A DNA stretch of 64,000 bases from Methanotrichaceae archaeon (GTDB taxonomy: Archaea; Halobacteriota; Methanosarcinia; Methanotrichales; Methanotrichaceae). Below are positions 22,021-32,318 of this stretch, piece by piece. Location of the stretch: positions 86,114 through 150,113 of the forward strand of contig CAWEXU010000017.1 of NCBI GenBank assembly GCA_963813075.1, in the 5' to 3' direction. The notes beneath the pieces were generated by a model. It did not search any database. It was not told where the DNA came from and was given only the letters and a program-made list of their open reading frames with translations. Both the position numbers and the translations under genes were made by a program. Position 1 is the first letter of the stretch. The number at the start of each line of letters is the position of its first letter.

Positions 22021-22426
22021 CTATAGATTCCTCAAGTCTATCTGTGATAAGCCTTCGTCCGGCTAAAGAGATGTGATGGGCCAATTCTATTGCCGTCCTC
22101 TCTGCGATCGTCTCCGGATATTTGATATCCCTTCCCAGAATGCTTTTTGCCCTCCAGACCTCCACGTTATAAAAGTCGCCCTGTTCGGCTACAACAGTTC
22201 CCGTAAGGCCTGAGCATGTCTCGCTAATGAGATCGGAAATCAGATTGAGGTCCAGAGCTTCGGCGGTGCGGGGGACCAGCCTGACTGCATGAAACTTTTC
22301 TATAAAATTAGGAGATATCTGGGCGGAGACGGCAGCGCAGACCATCCTGTACCTGCCACGCACAGAATGACGGCCCGATATGTCAATCGCCACTATGTCT
22401 ATCCGTTCAACCCCTGAGAATGGCAT
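22007..22426 (-). CDS. DUF2209-like protein
   Basis: IVAIDISGRH...ERTAIELAHH. Confidence 0.7.
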   Translation of the reverse strand: MPFSGVERIDIVAIDISGRHSVRGRYRMVCAAVSAQISPNFIEKFHAVRLVPRTAEALDLNLISDLISETCSGLTGTVVAEQGDFYNVEVWRAKSILGRDIKYPETIAERTAIELAHHISLAGRRLITDRLEESIDEWG

Positions 22427-23042
22427 GGCGCAGGACGATATCCGTTGCCTCTTCTTCTGTCAGCCCCGCTCCAATGGCGATCTGAATTGCCCTCTTGCTG
22501 TCGATGAGGTCTTCAGGGGCATGGGCATCCGTGTCCACCACCATCTTTGCCCCGGCCTTGATCGCCATCTGCACCACATGGCCGTTGGTGATATTATGGC
22601 CGGAGCGGGAGGTTATCTCCAGACAGACATCGTTCTCCCTGGCCAACTCTGCCTCCTCCAGGGTAATGAATCCGGGATGAGCGAGGATATCCACTCCTGC
22701 CTCCAGAGCGGCGCGGTTGGTGCCCGGACGGACCGGCTCCACAGGAGACTCGCCGTGGACTACCACGATCTCCGCTCCCAGTTTGCGGGCCAGCTCTGCC
22801 AGCGGCGCTATCTTCTGAGGCGGCACATGGGTGAGCTCGACGCCTGGAAGAATCCTGATATCCAGAATGCCCTCCAGATATTTGGCCTTCAAGACGCAGC
22901 TTAAGATGTGCTCTATATTGGTGTAATCGGCATGATCGGTTATGCCGATGGCGGTATATCCCAGGACCTCTGCCCGGCGTACCAGCTCGCTGGGTATGAG
23001 TTCGCCATCGCTGAATGTTGTATGGGTATGCAGATCGATCAT
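22407..23042 (-). CDS. PHP-family phosphoesterase (histidinol-phosphatase-like)
   Basis: DLHTHT..SDG, ITDH, VHGE, LAHPG, DTDAH. Confidence 0.9.
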   Translation of the reverse strand: MIDLHTHTTFSDGELIPSELVRRAEVLGYTAIGITDHADYTNIEHILSCVLKAKYLEGILDIRILPGVELTHVPPQKIAPLAELARKLGAEIVVVHGESPVEPVRPGTNRAALEAGVDILAHPGFITLEEAELARENDVCLEITSRSGHNITNGHVVQMAIKAGAKMVVDTDAHAPEDLIDSKRAIQIAIGAGLTEEEATDIVLRHAILRG

Positions 23043-23090
23043 ATATATCTCGTTTAGCAAATATATTGTGTAGAGGCTATACTTGGCCGC

Positions 23091-23408
23091 TCAACTTCGC
23101 TTGCCATGAGCGGCCTGCTTTTTGTACTTCATCTTCAAAGATCCGGCGATCTTCTTCAATGTGGCGGACTTGGAGCCATTTTTCGCCACCAATATTCGAC
23201 CTGCTGCCTCCGGCCTGTGCCAGGTTTTGGGATGCTTTTTCTCCCGCTCGATCTCCGGCTTCAGGCCGGATTTGATCGATGCGGTGATGATCATATCCAG
23301 GTTGGGCTCAGTGACGGCATGCTCTCGTGGTACCATCCTGCCCTCCTGCCGGGAGCGAGCAGCATCAAAATATAGCGGCCAGATCACAATCTTGCTCTTG
23401 TCAGGCAT
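23091..23408 (-). CDS. srp19: Signal recognition particle protein SRP19/Sec65
   Basis: IWPLYFD..RSRQEGRMVP...KKHPKTW...GRILV. Confidence 0.9.
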   Translation of the reverse strand: MPDKSKIVIWPLYFDAARSRQEGRMVPREHAVTEPNLDMIITASIKSGLKPEIEREKKHPKTWHRPEAAGRILVAKNGSKSATLKKIAGSLKMKYKKQAAHGKRS

Positions 23409-23524
23409 ATACCCCTGCCTTGTATCACCTCATTAAAGAATCTTTGTCTCACAATCGCTCTGGCACGCAAGTCTTTTAGCCATGCTGAATGATACTATGG
23501 CAAATACAATAGTGGAGTTCGATC

Positions 23525-24433
23525 ATGAGTGAAGAGAGTTATCCCGTTGCCAATGTAAGAGGACAGGAGGTCCCCTACGACCCGGAGCAGCTCAGAAAGA
23601 TATCTGAACATCCCTGCTTCAGCGAGAAGGCCTGTCACTCTTTTGGCAGGATGCATCTGGCCGTGGCCCCCAAGTGCAATATCCAGTGCAAATACTGCAT
23701 CCGGGACTTCGATTGCGTCAATGAGTCCCGTCCTGGGGTCACCAGCGAGGTTTTAAAGCCCAAGGAGGCCCTGGAAAGGGTCGATCAGGTGCTGGAGAAG
23801 TACCACTACATCAAGGTGGTCGCTGTAGCAGGCCCTGGTGAGCCTCTGGCCAATGAGGAGACCTTCGAGACTCTGCGCCTGGTGGGTGAGAAGTATCCCA
23901 ACATCATTCTCTGCATCAGCACTAACGGGCTGCTACTGCCCGATAAGATCCAGGAGCTGGATCGGCTGGGGGTATGCAATATCACCGTCACCATGAATGC
24001 CATCGACCCCGAGATCGGCCAGCAGATCTACGACTATGTCAATTATGAGGGCAAGAGATATGAGGGCCTGGAGGCAGCGACCCTTTTACGCGATCAGCAG
24101 CTCAAGGGAATCGCTGAAGCAGTGAGGCTGAAGAAGATCGTCAAGGTCAACACCGTCCTCATCCCGGGGATAAACGATTCGCACGTCTTCGATATCGCTA
24201 ATAAGATCAAGTCCATGGGGGTGTTCATCCACAATGTCATGCCCCTCATCCCCCAGTACAAGTTCGCTCATATCAAACCCCCATCGCCGGAGGAGAAGAG
24301 AAAGATCCAGGAGGAGCTGGGGAAGATCATCAAACAGATGAAGCACTGCCGGCAGTGCCGCTCAGATGCCATCGGAAAGCTGGGATGCGATGTGCAGCAG
24401 GAGTTCGCAAGCAGGACGAATGAGCAGGCCTAA
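23525..24433 (+). CDS. nifB: NifB-like radical SAM protein (single domain, no NifX domain)
   Basis: HPC, RMHLAVAPKCNIQCKYC, NESRPG, AGPGEPL, CRQCRSDA. Confidence 0.9.
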   Translation: MSEESYPVANVRGQEVPYDPEQLRKISEHPCFSEKACHSFGRMHLAVAPKCNIQCKYCIRDFDCVNESRPGVTSEVLKPKEALERVDQVLEKYHYIKVVAVAGPGEPLANEETFETLRLVGEKYPNIILCISTNGLLLPDKIQELDRLGVCNITVTMNAIDPEIGQQIYDYVNYEGKRYEGLEAATLLRDQQLKGIAEAVRLKKIVKVNTVLIPGINDSHVFDIANKIKSMGVFIHNVMPLIPQYKFAHIKPPSPEEKRKIQEELGKIIKQMKHCRQCRSDAIGKLGCDVQQEFASRTNEQA

Positions 24434-24533
24434 AAAGGATCTTTGTCCGGGCGCATTGCTGCGCCCCACTGACATTTTATGATATCGTTTAAGATTATTA
24501 TAGAATTTGTAGATATGAATCTGTAGATTTGTA

Positions 24534-24740
24534 TTAATGCTTTAGCTTCTTTGTAGCACTGGAAATGCTCTTGGTGATGCCGGAGAGGATGCCCTTCCCG
24601 CCTGATTTGGAGCTAGCCTGCGCAGCGCTGGTCGAGCTGACATTCTTATCCCTCTTCTTGGAGATGGGATTGCCGTTCTTCATCTGATAGTTGCTGTTTC
24701 GATCCTGTGGACCCTTGCTCTTTTTCTTATCTTTTGCCAT
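24534..24740 (-). CDS. Small Lys/Ser-rich hypothetical protein
   Basis: GGTGG RBS-like motif before ATG; low-complexity basic sequence. Confidence 0.5.
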   Translation of the reverse strand: MAKDKKKSKGPQDRNSNYQMKNGNPISKKRDKNVSSTSAAQASSKSGGKGILSGITKSISSATKKLKH

Positions 24741-24864
24741 ATTAACCACCGCTTTGCTCTATGTCAAAATTGATATAGATTTCGGCTACAAGATGGCTGA
24801 ACTTGGCAATCTCTTTTATAAATAGCGACATGAAATACAGATCCATAATTGCGATCAGTAGCTG

Positions 24865-25878
24865 CTATCTGGTTGTTTTTTCTGTCGCTAATTCATTCAC
24901 AATAGCTTCAGTCTCTTCCCCAGCGTCAGTCTTCAGGGCCTTTTCATAGACCACATGGCCTGCTGCCACGTCCTGAATTCCCAGGCCGGTGGAATCGAAT
25001 ATGGTGATCTCTTCATCGCTGGTCCTCCCGGGCTTTTTCCCCGACAGGATCTCGCCGATCTGGCCGTAGATCTCCTCCGGGCGAAGGGACCCCTCTGAGA
25101 GGGGGACGTTGACCTCACCGGAATGGACGGCCTGAGCCAGGTCATCCACCACTACCGTGGCCCTCTTCAATAGAATTGACGGGAGCTCTTGCTTGCCTGG
25201 AGCGTCCGCCCCGATGGCATTGATATGTGTCCCCGGCCGGATCCATTCTTCGCTGATCACGGGACGGCGCGAGGGAGTGGTGGTAACCAGGATATCGCAT
25301 TCGCAGGCCTCTTTTGGCCCGGAGACGGTTATGCAGTGGCAATTCATGAGCCCCTGGACATCCTCCCTGAAAGACCTGGCCCGATCGGCAAAGCTGTCGA
25401 AGACTCTCACCTCTTCGATTGCGAATTGGCGGGAGAGGCCAGAAAGCTGGGTTCGCGCCTGCGCTCCCGCCCCGATCATCCCCACCACCCTTGAATCCTT
25501 TCTGGCCAGATAGCGGGCGGCTACCGCACCAGCCGCACCGGTGCGCATGCTGGTGAGATAGGTCGCACCCATAACCGCTAAAGGCTCGCCGGTCTGGGGA
25601 GAGTTGAGGATCAACAGGGCCATGACCGAGGGGAGCCCGATCTCCTGATTTCCGGGATGGACATTGACGATCTTCACCCCGGCCAGATCCTGCCCTTCAA
25701 GATATGCAGGCATGGTTCTGAGGTCGCCATTGTGACTGGAGAAGTAGAGGTATGATTTGGGTGGCATCTGAGTTTTTCCCATCCCGTGATCAAGAAAGGC
25801 CCTATGGACGGCCGCTATCGCATCATCTATGGTCAGGAGCGACCTTACTTCCTCCTCTGTTAGCCAGAGCACTTCCAT
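24865..25878 (-). CDS. ala: Alanine dehydrogenase (ornithine cyclodeaminase/mu-crystallin family)
   Basis: MPPKSY, DLRTMPAY, RTGAAGA, GAGAQA, FDSTGLGIQD. The true end may be about 24897 (one extra G). Confidence 0.88.
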   Translation of the reverse strand: MEVLWLTEEEVRSLLTIDDAIAAVHRAFLDHGMGKTQMPPKSYLYFSSHNGDLRTMPAYLEGQDLAGVKIVNVHPGNQEIGLPSVMALLILNSPQTGEPLAVMGATYLTSMRTGAAGAVAARYLARKDSRVVGMIGAGAQARTQLSGLSRQFAIEEVRVFDSFADRARSFREDVQGLMNCHCITVSGPKEACECDILVTTTPSRRPVISEEWIRPGTHINAIGADAPGKQELPSILLKRATVVVDDLAQAVHSGEVNVPLSEGSLRPEEIYGQIGEILSGKKPGRTSDEEITIFDSTGLGIQDVAAGHVVYEKALKTDAGEETEAIVNELATEKTTR

Positions 25879-25914
25879 GAAAAACACCCAATTGCTGGAT
25901 GGGGGGTAAAGGAG

Positions 25915-26010
25915 AAAAAGCCTTTGGCCAGTCGATGGGGAAAGACCGGGAGAGAAAAGGGGGGTTAGAGCCTTCGAGAGAAGGGATGAGGGGATATCAC
26001 CGGAGGCTCC
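25915..26010 (-). ncRNA. Candidate sRNA or structured leader upstream of ala
   Basis: TATA-like TTAAATA/TTTAAAATA upstream, two hairpins with C/U-rich loops, then a U-run. Confidence 0.4.
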
Positions 26011-26147
26011 AAGATATCACTTGTATTTTAAACTATTTAAGTTTAATTAATTGTGCAGCGATCGCATTATTCCTTTGAAATAATCATCGTGATAATAACG
26101 ATATTATCGATATTGTTGATAGTAATGGACCCATGCCAATAGGAGCC

Positions 26148-26651
26148 CTAATACACAGTCACCCTTTTTACGCCCTCGATCTCCTTGAGCAGAGTCACCA
26201 GCTCCCCTGGGATCTTGCCCTCGGTGATGATGGTGAGCTTTGGATTCTCCACAAAGTAAGGGTCGTCCGAGACCGCCTGGCGGATGGATAGGCCGTTTTT
26301 GGCCACTGTCCTGGCCACATCGCCTAAAAGTCCAGTCTTGGCGGCATTCACCGGCGTGATCTCAATTACCCCCAACCCCAGGATTGGTGCCACCTCTCCC
26401 AGATAGATCATGGAGCGCACATTTCTGAAGACCTTCCAGAGGACCTCGTCATCGCGAATGGCCTGGGCGGTGGTGTCGACCACCCTCCGGTCAACTTCCA
26501 GCTCCTTTGCGATCTGAGCATGAGGAATCTCGATCTGGCCCGATACCACCCGTGCCTGGTCATTGACCTGAAAGCCCCTCTGCAGGATGAGGCGGATTAC
26601 CTTCTCCTGCGCGGGGAACCTTTTGAACTTGTCTAAAATCTCCTGCCACAT
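26148..26651 (-). CDS. ACT-domain regulator of amino-acid metabolism (COG2150-like)
   Basis: FKRFPAQEKV, IAKELEVDRRVV HTH, C-terminal ACT domain (SIRQAVSDDP). Confidence 0.85.
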   Translation of the reverse strand: MWQEILDKFKRFPAQEKVIRLILQRGFQVNDQARVVSGQIEIPHAQIAKELEVDRRVVDTTAQAIRDDEVLWKVFRNVRSMIYLGEVAPILGLGVIEITPVNAAKTGLLGDVARTVAKNGLSIRQAVSDDPYFVENPKLTIITEGKIPGELVTLLKEIEGVKRVTVY

Positions 26652-26740
26652 GTGCCTCAAATTACATTTGACCTGAAAGTACAAAAGGGCTTCCTTGCCT
26701 TAAAGAGAACATCATGCCTTCCCGGAAAGCATCATGCCTT

Positions 26741-27842
26741 TCAGGAGAACATCATCCTGGGAGGCTGGCGGTACTCTTTTCTCGCCGCTGGTATGGTCTC
26801 TTCCATATGCTTTTGAGTTATATTGGACTCATCCATCAGGGCATGGTGCAGTGCCACCTTCAGCACCTTCTCCACCAGGTCCCGGCCGGAGAAGCCTTCC
26901 GTCTGCCGGGCGATCTCATTCAGGTCCACCTCCACCATCTCCAGGGGCAGGGTGGCGGCATTTTTCTCCAGGATCTGTAAGCGCTCATTTTTATCCGGCA
27001 GCTTGAACTCTATCTCCTCCTCAAAGCGGGAGCGGACGGAGGCGTCCAGGACCTCGATCTGATTGGTGGCGGCAATGGTACAGACTGCCCAGTCGGCTGG
27101 AGATCCCGTCCATCTCCGTCAGCAGGCTGTTGACCATCTCCGATACATCGCCCCTCAGGTCCTGATAGCGCCGGTCGAGGGCTATGGCGTCCAGCTCATC
27201 GATGAATATTATGCAGGGAGCCATCTCTTCCGCTTTCTCATAGAGGCTGTGGATCTGCCGGGCGCCCTCGCCCACAAACTCGCCGATCAGGCTGGTGGAC
27301 TTGATGGCCAGCATTGGCACATCCGCCTTAGCAGCCAGGGCTTTGGCGATCATGGTCTTTCCGGTGCCAGAGACGCCATAGAAGAGGATGTTGCGTGGAG
27401 CCCAGCGGCCGAACTTCTCCGGGTCCTGGAGGTAATTCTCGATTATCTTCACCTTGCGCTTGGCATTTTCCTGGCCAATGATGTCATTGAAGGATATGTC
27501 GTAGCTGACCTTCTTTTTGACTTCCGCCTTCTGCTCTACTTTGATGGTGGTCTGGAAGCCGACCACCGAATGCCTGGGGTAGGCCCGGATAACCTGAAAG
27601 GCATAATCCGGGTAGAGCCTGCGGTCGAAAAGATAGCATCCTGGATTCACTTCCTCACCGTACCACTGCTCCCGGGCGTACAGCTCGAAGAGCTTGGGAT
27701 CGGAGACCGATGGACACTCCTGAAAGATGCTTTTCAAGGGGTAGCCGGCTGGCCGCAAGAGGAGAAACTTGGCCCCTACTGCTTTTCCTCTCTCGGGCTT
27801 TGCTCCTTGAGGCTTGGTCTGGGTCTTCTGGATGGATCGCAC
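26741..27842 (-). CDS. AAA+ ATPase (COG1223-like), frameshifted near the 3' third
   Basis: YAREQW N-domain, GVSGTGKT Walker A, IFIDELD Walker B; GFSGRDL in the downstream frame. Confidence 0.88.
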
Positions 27843-28105
27843 AATGAGACCCTTGCTGGCGGAGATAGTTAAATCTATTGGCCTTTTGGCCTCGATGGCT
27901 GAATATCGCGGTAATTTGGCTCATCCTCTGGCAGCGGTCGAAGGTATTAGATCTCTGCTTTCGTATCTCTCCACCAGATCTTTTGTACCATATGTTTATA
28001 TCGTTGAATGACGAAGCAAGGTCGGGCAAAGTCCGGCCAATTGCGCCTTCCTCCTATGCTTTTCATCTTAGACTTTGCCCATCCCTCCCATTATGATATT
28101 TTATA

Positions 28106-28328
28106 GTTCCTCGCTGTTTCTTGTGGGTAATAGAATGGTCGAGTCCTCTGTGAGTTCTCCGTGCGCTTTGTGCCTCTGTGGTAGTAGTTCGTACACAGTG
28201 GTTATAACCAGTGGCGAGCGACGTTCCACCACAGAGATACAAAGTTCACAAAGTACGCACAGAGCGCCTAACCAAGAACTGGGAAACCATAGAAACCTCT
28301 GGTTAGCCACAGGAAATAGCGAAGAGCC
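28106..28328. mobile_element. Fold-back/MITE-like element with nested inverted repeats
   Basis: Outer IR 28106-28130/28303-28327 (20/25), inner 37-nt IR 28146-28182/28228-28264, central perfect palindrome TGGTTATAACCA. Confidence 0.65.
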
Positions 28329-28369
28329 AAAAAAGTTTTTGAGCTAAAATAGTAAGCCTTGCCAGCAGA

Positions 28370-28489
28370 TCACTGGCAAGTATCGAGAAGACCTTTTTTC
28401 TTTCCGCCCCTCTTGTCACCGGGCTTTATGGGCTCGACCTTTGCTTCATTCTCTTCTTTTTTCTCTTTATTTTCTTCATGATGTCCCAT
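28370..28489 (-). CDS. Small charged protein (39 aa), absent from the ORF track
   Basis: GGAGG RBS 7 nt before ATG; MGHHEENKEKKEENEAKVEPIKPGDKRGGKKKGLLDTCQ. Confidence 0.5.
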   Translation of the reverse strand: MGHHEENKEKKEENEAKVEPIKPGDKRGGKKKGLLDTCQ

Positions 28490-28686
28490 TTTGTCGCCTC
28501 CGTTATCTCTATTATCTATGGTATTGGAGCTGATCTCAAATATATCTTCCGGTAAGGGGGCCAGGTCCAGAGGAAAGATGATAAAAGGACCCCAAAAAGA
28601 AAAGGAATGTGGGATGAAGCGGAATTCATCCCTTCAATTTTAGCGATCGCATCCATTCAGGGATATCCCGCCCGAAGGATAGCGAT

Positions 28687-29847
28687 TCAGCCGCACTTAT
28701 TCTCAACGATGCAGGTGGGGTCCTCTGCCATCAGGTCGCCATTATAGTAGTAGGCCTTCTGCCGGCACCCTCCGCACAGCTCCCGGTAGTCGCAGCTTCC
28801 ACATGCTCCTTTGAGATTGGATTTATTTGTTCGCAGCGCCAGAAGCTCCGGGGTTGGATGGTCGATCCAGATGTCCTGGAAGGACCTCTCCCGGACATTG
28901 CCCACCACCACCTGGGGCATGAAGTGGCAGGGGTGGACATCTCCCTTATAGCTGATATTGGCCACTTTGGCCCCGGCGGAGCAGCCACCGGCATTGGTCA
29001 GGAGCCTTCGCACATAATCCTTTCTCGGATCGTCCTTCAAGATCTCGAGCAGATATGCCCCGTCCATGGGAGAATCGGTGGTCAGAATCTCGATGTTCTT
29101 ATCTTTCAGCTCCACTGCTGCCTCTGCCAGCAGGCGGATGACGCTGCGGCGCTGCTCAGAGCTTACATCCTTATCCGATATCCCCGCCCCCCGGCCGGTG
29201 GGAACCAGGTGGTAGAGACAGAAGCGGGGGATATTCTCTTCGATTGCCAGATTGAGGAGGGCGGGGACATCCTGCCAGTTGTCTTTTGTCAATGTGATCC
29301 TCAGGCCGGTCTTCAGGCCTGCATCCCTGGCGTTTCTCAATCCCTGCAGGGCACGGTCGAACGCTCCGGGGACGCCCCGGAAGTCGTCATGCCTGGCGGG
29401 GAGAACGGAGTCCAGGCTCACTCCCACATATCTGATGCCCGCCTCAGCCAAAAGCCCTGCCACTTCGGGTGTGATCAGGGTGCCGTTGGTGGATATCACC
29501 GTCCTCAATCCCGCCTTTTGGGCATGGAAGGCCAGAGGGAAGAAGTTGTGGCTCATCAGGGGTTCTCCACCGGTGAGAATGAGGATCGGTATCTTCATCC
29601 GGGCCAGGTCGTCCACCACGCGCACCCCTTCCTCAAGGCTGAGCTCGTCGTCCATCTTTTGGCTGGCATCCATATAGCAGTGCTTGCAGGCCAGGTTGCA
29701 GCGCCTGGTCAGATTCCACATCACCACCGGTTTTGTCTGGGCGGAGAAGCGGAGCAGGTCTGCCGGGACGTCCTGGCAGGACTCGGATTCTCGCAGGGCC
29801 TCCCATACTGTGGCCTGGTCGGCCAGGGCTTTGGAAAATATGATCAT
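28687..29847 (-). CDS. ahbC: Radical SAM/SPASM haem biosynthesis protein AhbC (NirJ1-like)
   Basis: LLRFS..KPVVMWNLTRRCNLACKHCY, SPASM cysteines, last gene of the tetrapyrrole operon. Confidence 0.8.
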   Translation of the reverse strand: MIIFSKALADQATVWEALRESESCQDVPADLLRFSAQTKPVVMWNLTRRCNLACKHCYMDASQKMDDELSLEEGVRVVDDLARMKIPILILTGGEPLMSHNFFPLAFHAQKAGLRTVISTNGTLITPEVAGLLAEAGIRYVGVSLDSVLPARHDDFRGVPGAFDRALQGLRNARDAGLKTGLRITLTKDNWQDVPALLNLAIEENIPRFCLYHLVPTGRGAGISDKDVSSEQRRSVIRLLAEAAVELKDKNIEILTTDSPMDGAYLLEILKDDPRKDYVRRLLTNAGGCSAGAKVANISYKGDVHPCHFMPQVVVGNVRERSFQDIWIDHPTPELLALRTNKSNLKGACGSCDYRELCGGCRQKAYYYNGDLMAEDPTCIVENKCG

Positions 29848-29854
29848 GTTTTTC

Positions 29855-31408
29855 TCATCGCTCCATTCTATCCATTGCCGTGCTTATGACATTGTGCTCC
29901 GGCTCGCCGGCCTTTCCTGACGCCTCATCTCCTCCGGGCCTGCCAGAAGATCTCTTTCTCCTGGCCAGAGCGGCGAGCATGGCCTCAAAGGTGAAGCTCT
30001 CCGGGATTACGTCCACCGCTACCCCCAGGCGGGATAGCTCCTCTGCCGTGGGCTTGCCGATGGCAGCTACGGTGGCCTTTTCAAGTGCTCTATGCAGCTC
30101 TTCTTCTCTTCCCAACTCGGTTGCCCTTTCCACCAGATTCCGAGCGGTTGAGGAGCTGGTGAAGGCAAATATGTCCACCTCGCCCGCCCGCTCTATCAGC
30201 CGGTCCAGGCGGGGATCGAATGAATTCACCACCCCATAAAGGGGAATGTCATCCACCAGGATCCCCGCTGCCCTCAGGCCATCGGAAAGGTACTGGCTCC
30301 CCTGGGCGCTGCGCAGAAATAGGATGCTCTTGAACCTCTTCTTGAGCATACGCTCCAGGCCCTCTGAGCTGTAGCTTTCCGGCATCTCTGACTCAAGGCC
30401 GTACTCGGTCAGAGCCTGCTTTGTCTTGGGACCGATGGAGACGATCTTTTTTCCCGCCAATGCTCCAGATATGGCTTTATCCTCTAAAGCGATATGCACC
30501 CCATTGGCGCTGGTGAAGGCCACGCAATCCGCGGCATCGATCCTATCGAGCAGATCAGTTGGCAGGGACTTTTTCTCCAGGGAGATGGCCGGAGCAGATA
30601 TTGGAGAAAATCCGTAACGCTCCGCCAGGGCTACCGACTCATCCTGCTGGCCCGCCGGCCTGAGGATGGCGATCTTCTCCTGGGCAAGGACTTCTGCCAG
30701 CCGGACAACATCTCCCACCACCAGAATGGCTGGAGACTCTACATTCTCTGTCCTCGCCCTCTCGGCAATATCCTCCAGGGTCCCCACGATCAGCCTCTGA
30801 TCCGGCCAGCCACCCTTCTCCACCATAGCCGCCGGGGTCTGGGGAGACTTTCCCGCCTGGACGAGCCTGCGGGTGTTCTCCTCCAGCCGGGAGACGCCCA
30901 TGAGAACAACCAGGGTCCCACTAAGCCTGGCAATCGCCTGCCAGTCGAGTGGCGAATCCTTTCCCGGCTCCTCATGGCCGGTGACGATGGTCAGGGCCGA
31001 AGCCACCTTTCTGTGGGTGACCGGAATTCCCGCCATCTCCGGGGCGGCGATGGCCGAGGTGACGCCGGGCACAACCTCAAATGGGATTGCTCTTTCCCGG
31101 CAGGCCATCGCCTCCTCTCCCCCTCTGCCGAAAAGGTAGGGGTCCCCGCCCTTCAGCCGGACCACGATCTTTCCCTCTTCTGCTTTGTCGACCAGCAGCT
31201 GGTTTATCTCCTCCTGCTTGAGCTTATGCCTCCCCGCGTTCTTGCCAACGTCGATCAGCTCTCCTGTCACCCCGTCCAGCATCCTGGGGTCTAGCAGCCG
31301 GTCGAAGAGGACAACATCTGCCTCCATGAGCCTCTTTTTTCCTTTGATCGTCAGGAGCTCCGGGTCTCCGGGTCCCGCTCCCACCAGATAAACCTTACCG
31401 ATTGCCAA
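29855..31408 (-). CDS. cobA-hemD: Uroporphyrinogen-III C-methyltransferase / uroporphyrinogen-III synthase fusion
   Basis: VGAGPGDPELLT, RLKGGDPYLFGRGGEE; HemD motifs FTSANGV, FTSSSTA. Confidence 0.93.
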   Translation of the reverse strand: MAIGKVYLVGAGPGDPELLTIKGKKRLMEADVVLFDRLLDPRMLDGVTGELIDVGKNAGRHKLKQEEINQLLVDKAEEGKIVVRLKGGDPYLFGRGGEEAMACRERAIPFEVVPGVTSAIAAPEMAGIPVTHRKVASALTIVTGHEEPGKDSPLDWQAIARLSGTLVVLMGVSRLEENTRRLVQAGKSPQTPAAMVEKGGWPDQRLIVGTLEDIAERARTENVESPAILVVGDVVRLAEVLAQEKIAILRPAGQQDESVALAERYGFSPISAPAISLEKKSLPTDLLDRIDAADCVAFTSANGVHIALEDKAISGALAGKKIVSIGPKTKQALTEYGLESEMPESYSSEGLERMLKKRFKSILFLRSAQGSQYLSDGLRAAGILVDDIPLYGVVNSFDPRLDRLIERAGEVDIFAFTSSSTARNLVERATELGREEELHRALEKATVAAIGKPTAEELSRLGVAVDVIPESFTFEAMLAALARRKRSSGRPGGDEASGKAGEPEHNVISTAMDRMER

Positions 31409-32318
31409 AAAACCTCACCGCCTCGTCCACCAGCTCTCTTCCTCCCATCCTCATCAGCCTCTCGCCCAAATCTCCTGCCAGTGCCAGATAATCCTCATTT
31501 AAAGAGATCCTCTCCTCCAGGCGGACGAACCTCTTGCCGTCCGGGGACAGGACCTCTGCCAGCACCCACGCCTCTTTGTTCTCTACCAGGGCATGAGCGG
31601 CCATGGGCACCACGCAGCCTCCGCCCACGGTCTCCATGATCTTTCGCTCGATCATGGTCTCAGTTCGGGTAAGAGAATCGTCCAGGGAACGGGAGCAGGC
31701 CTCAGCTTCTGATCCGGCTCTGGCGACCACAACTATCGTCCCCTGGTTGGCAGAGGGAACGAACCTATGCCGATCAAGCCTCAGATAATCGGGAGTGATG
31801 CCCATCCGCTCAAGGCCGGCCTCGGCCAGGACTATGGCATCGTAGTCTCCTCTCTTTAGCTTGCCCAGTCTGGTCTGCAGATTTCCCCGCAGGCTTGAAA
31901 TGTTCAGGTCGGGCCGGGCGCGGAGAAGCTGGGCCATCCGCCGCATGCTCGATGTCCCCACCTTTGCTCCCCGGTCCAGCTCCTCGATGCTCCCCACCGA
32001 ATCCTTCCGGCAGAGGAGGACGTCATAGGGAGAGTTGCGTTTCAGCACGGCGGAGACGATCAACTCCTCTGGCCTTTTGGTGGGCAGGTCTTTCATGCTG
32101 TGCACGGCAAGATCGATCTCTCCGGATAACATGCGCTCGTCTATCTCCGCCACGAAGACCCCAAAACCGGTGAGCTGATGGAGGGGCTTGTCTAAGAAGA
32201 CGTCCCCGCTGGTCTTCACCCTGCACAGCTGGGTCTGGATGCCCAGATTGTTCAGCTTTTCCTGGACGATCTCGGTCTGGCGCAGGGCCAGAGGGCTGCC
32301 CCTCGTACCTACGATCAA
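31395..32318 (-). CDS. hemC: Hydroxymethylbilane synthase
   Basis: [32 protein letters not shown]. Confidence 0.95.
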   Translation of the reverse strand: MIVGTRGSPLALRQTEIVQEKLNNLGIQTQLCRVKTSGDVFLDKPLHQLTGFGVFVAEIDERMLSGEIDLAVHSMKDLPTKRPEELIVSAVLKRNSPYDVLLCRKDSVGSIEELDRGAKVGTSSMRRMAQLLRARPDLNISSLRGNLQTRLGKLKRGDYDAIVLAEAGLERMGITPDYLRLDRHRFVPSANQGTIVVVARAGSEAEACSRSLDDSLTRTETMIERKIMETVGGGCVVPMAAHALVENKEAWVLAEVLSPDGKRFVRLEERISLNEDYLALAGDLGERLMRMGGRELVDEAVRFFGNR

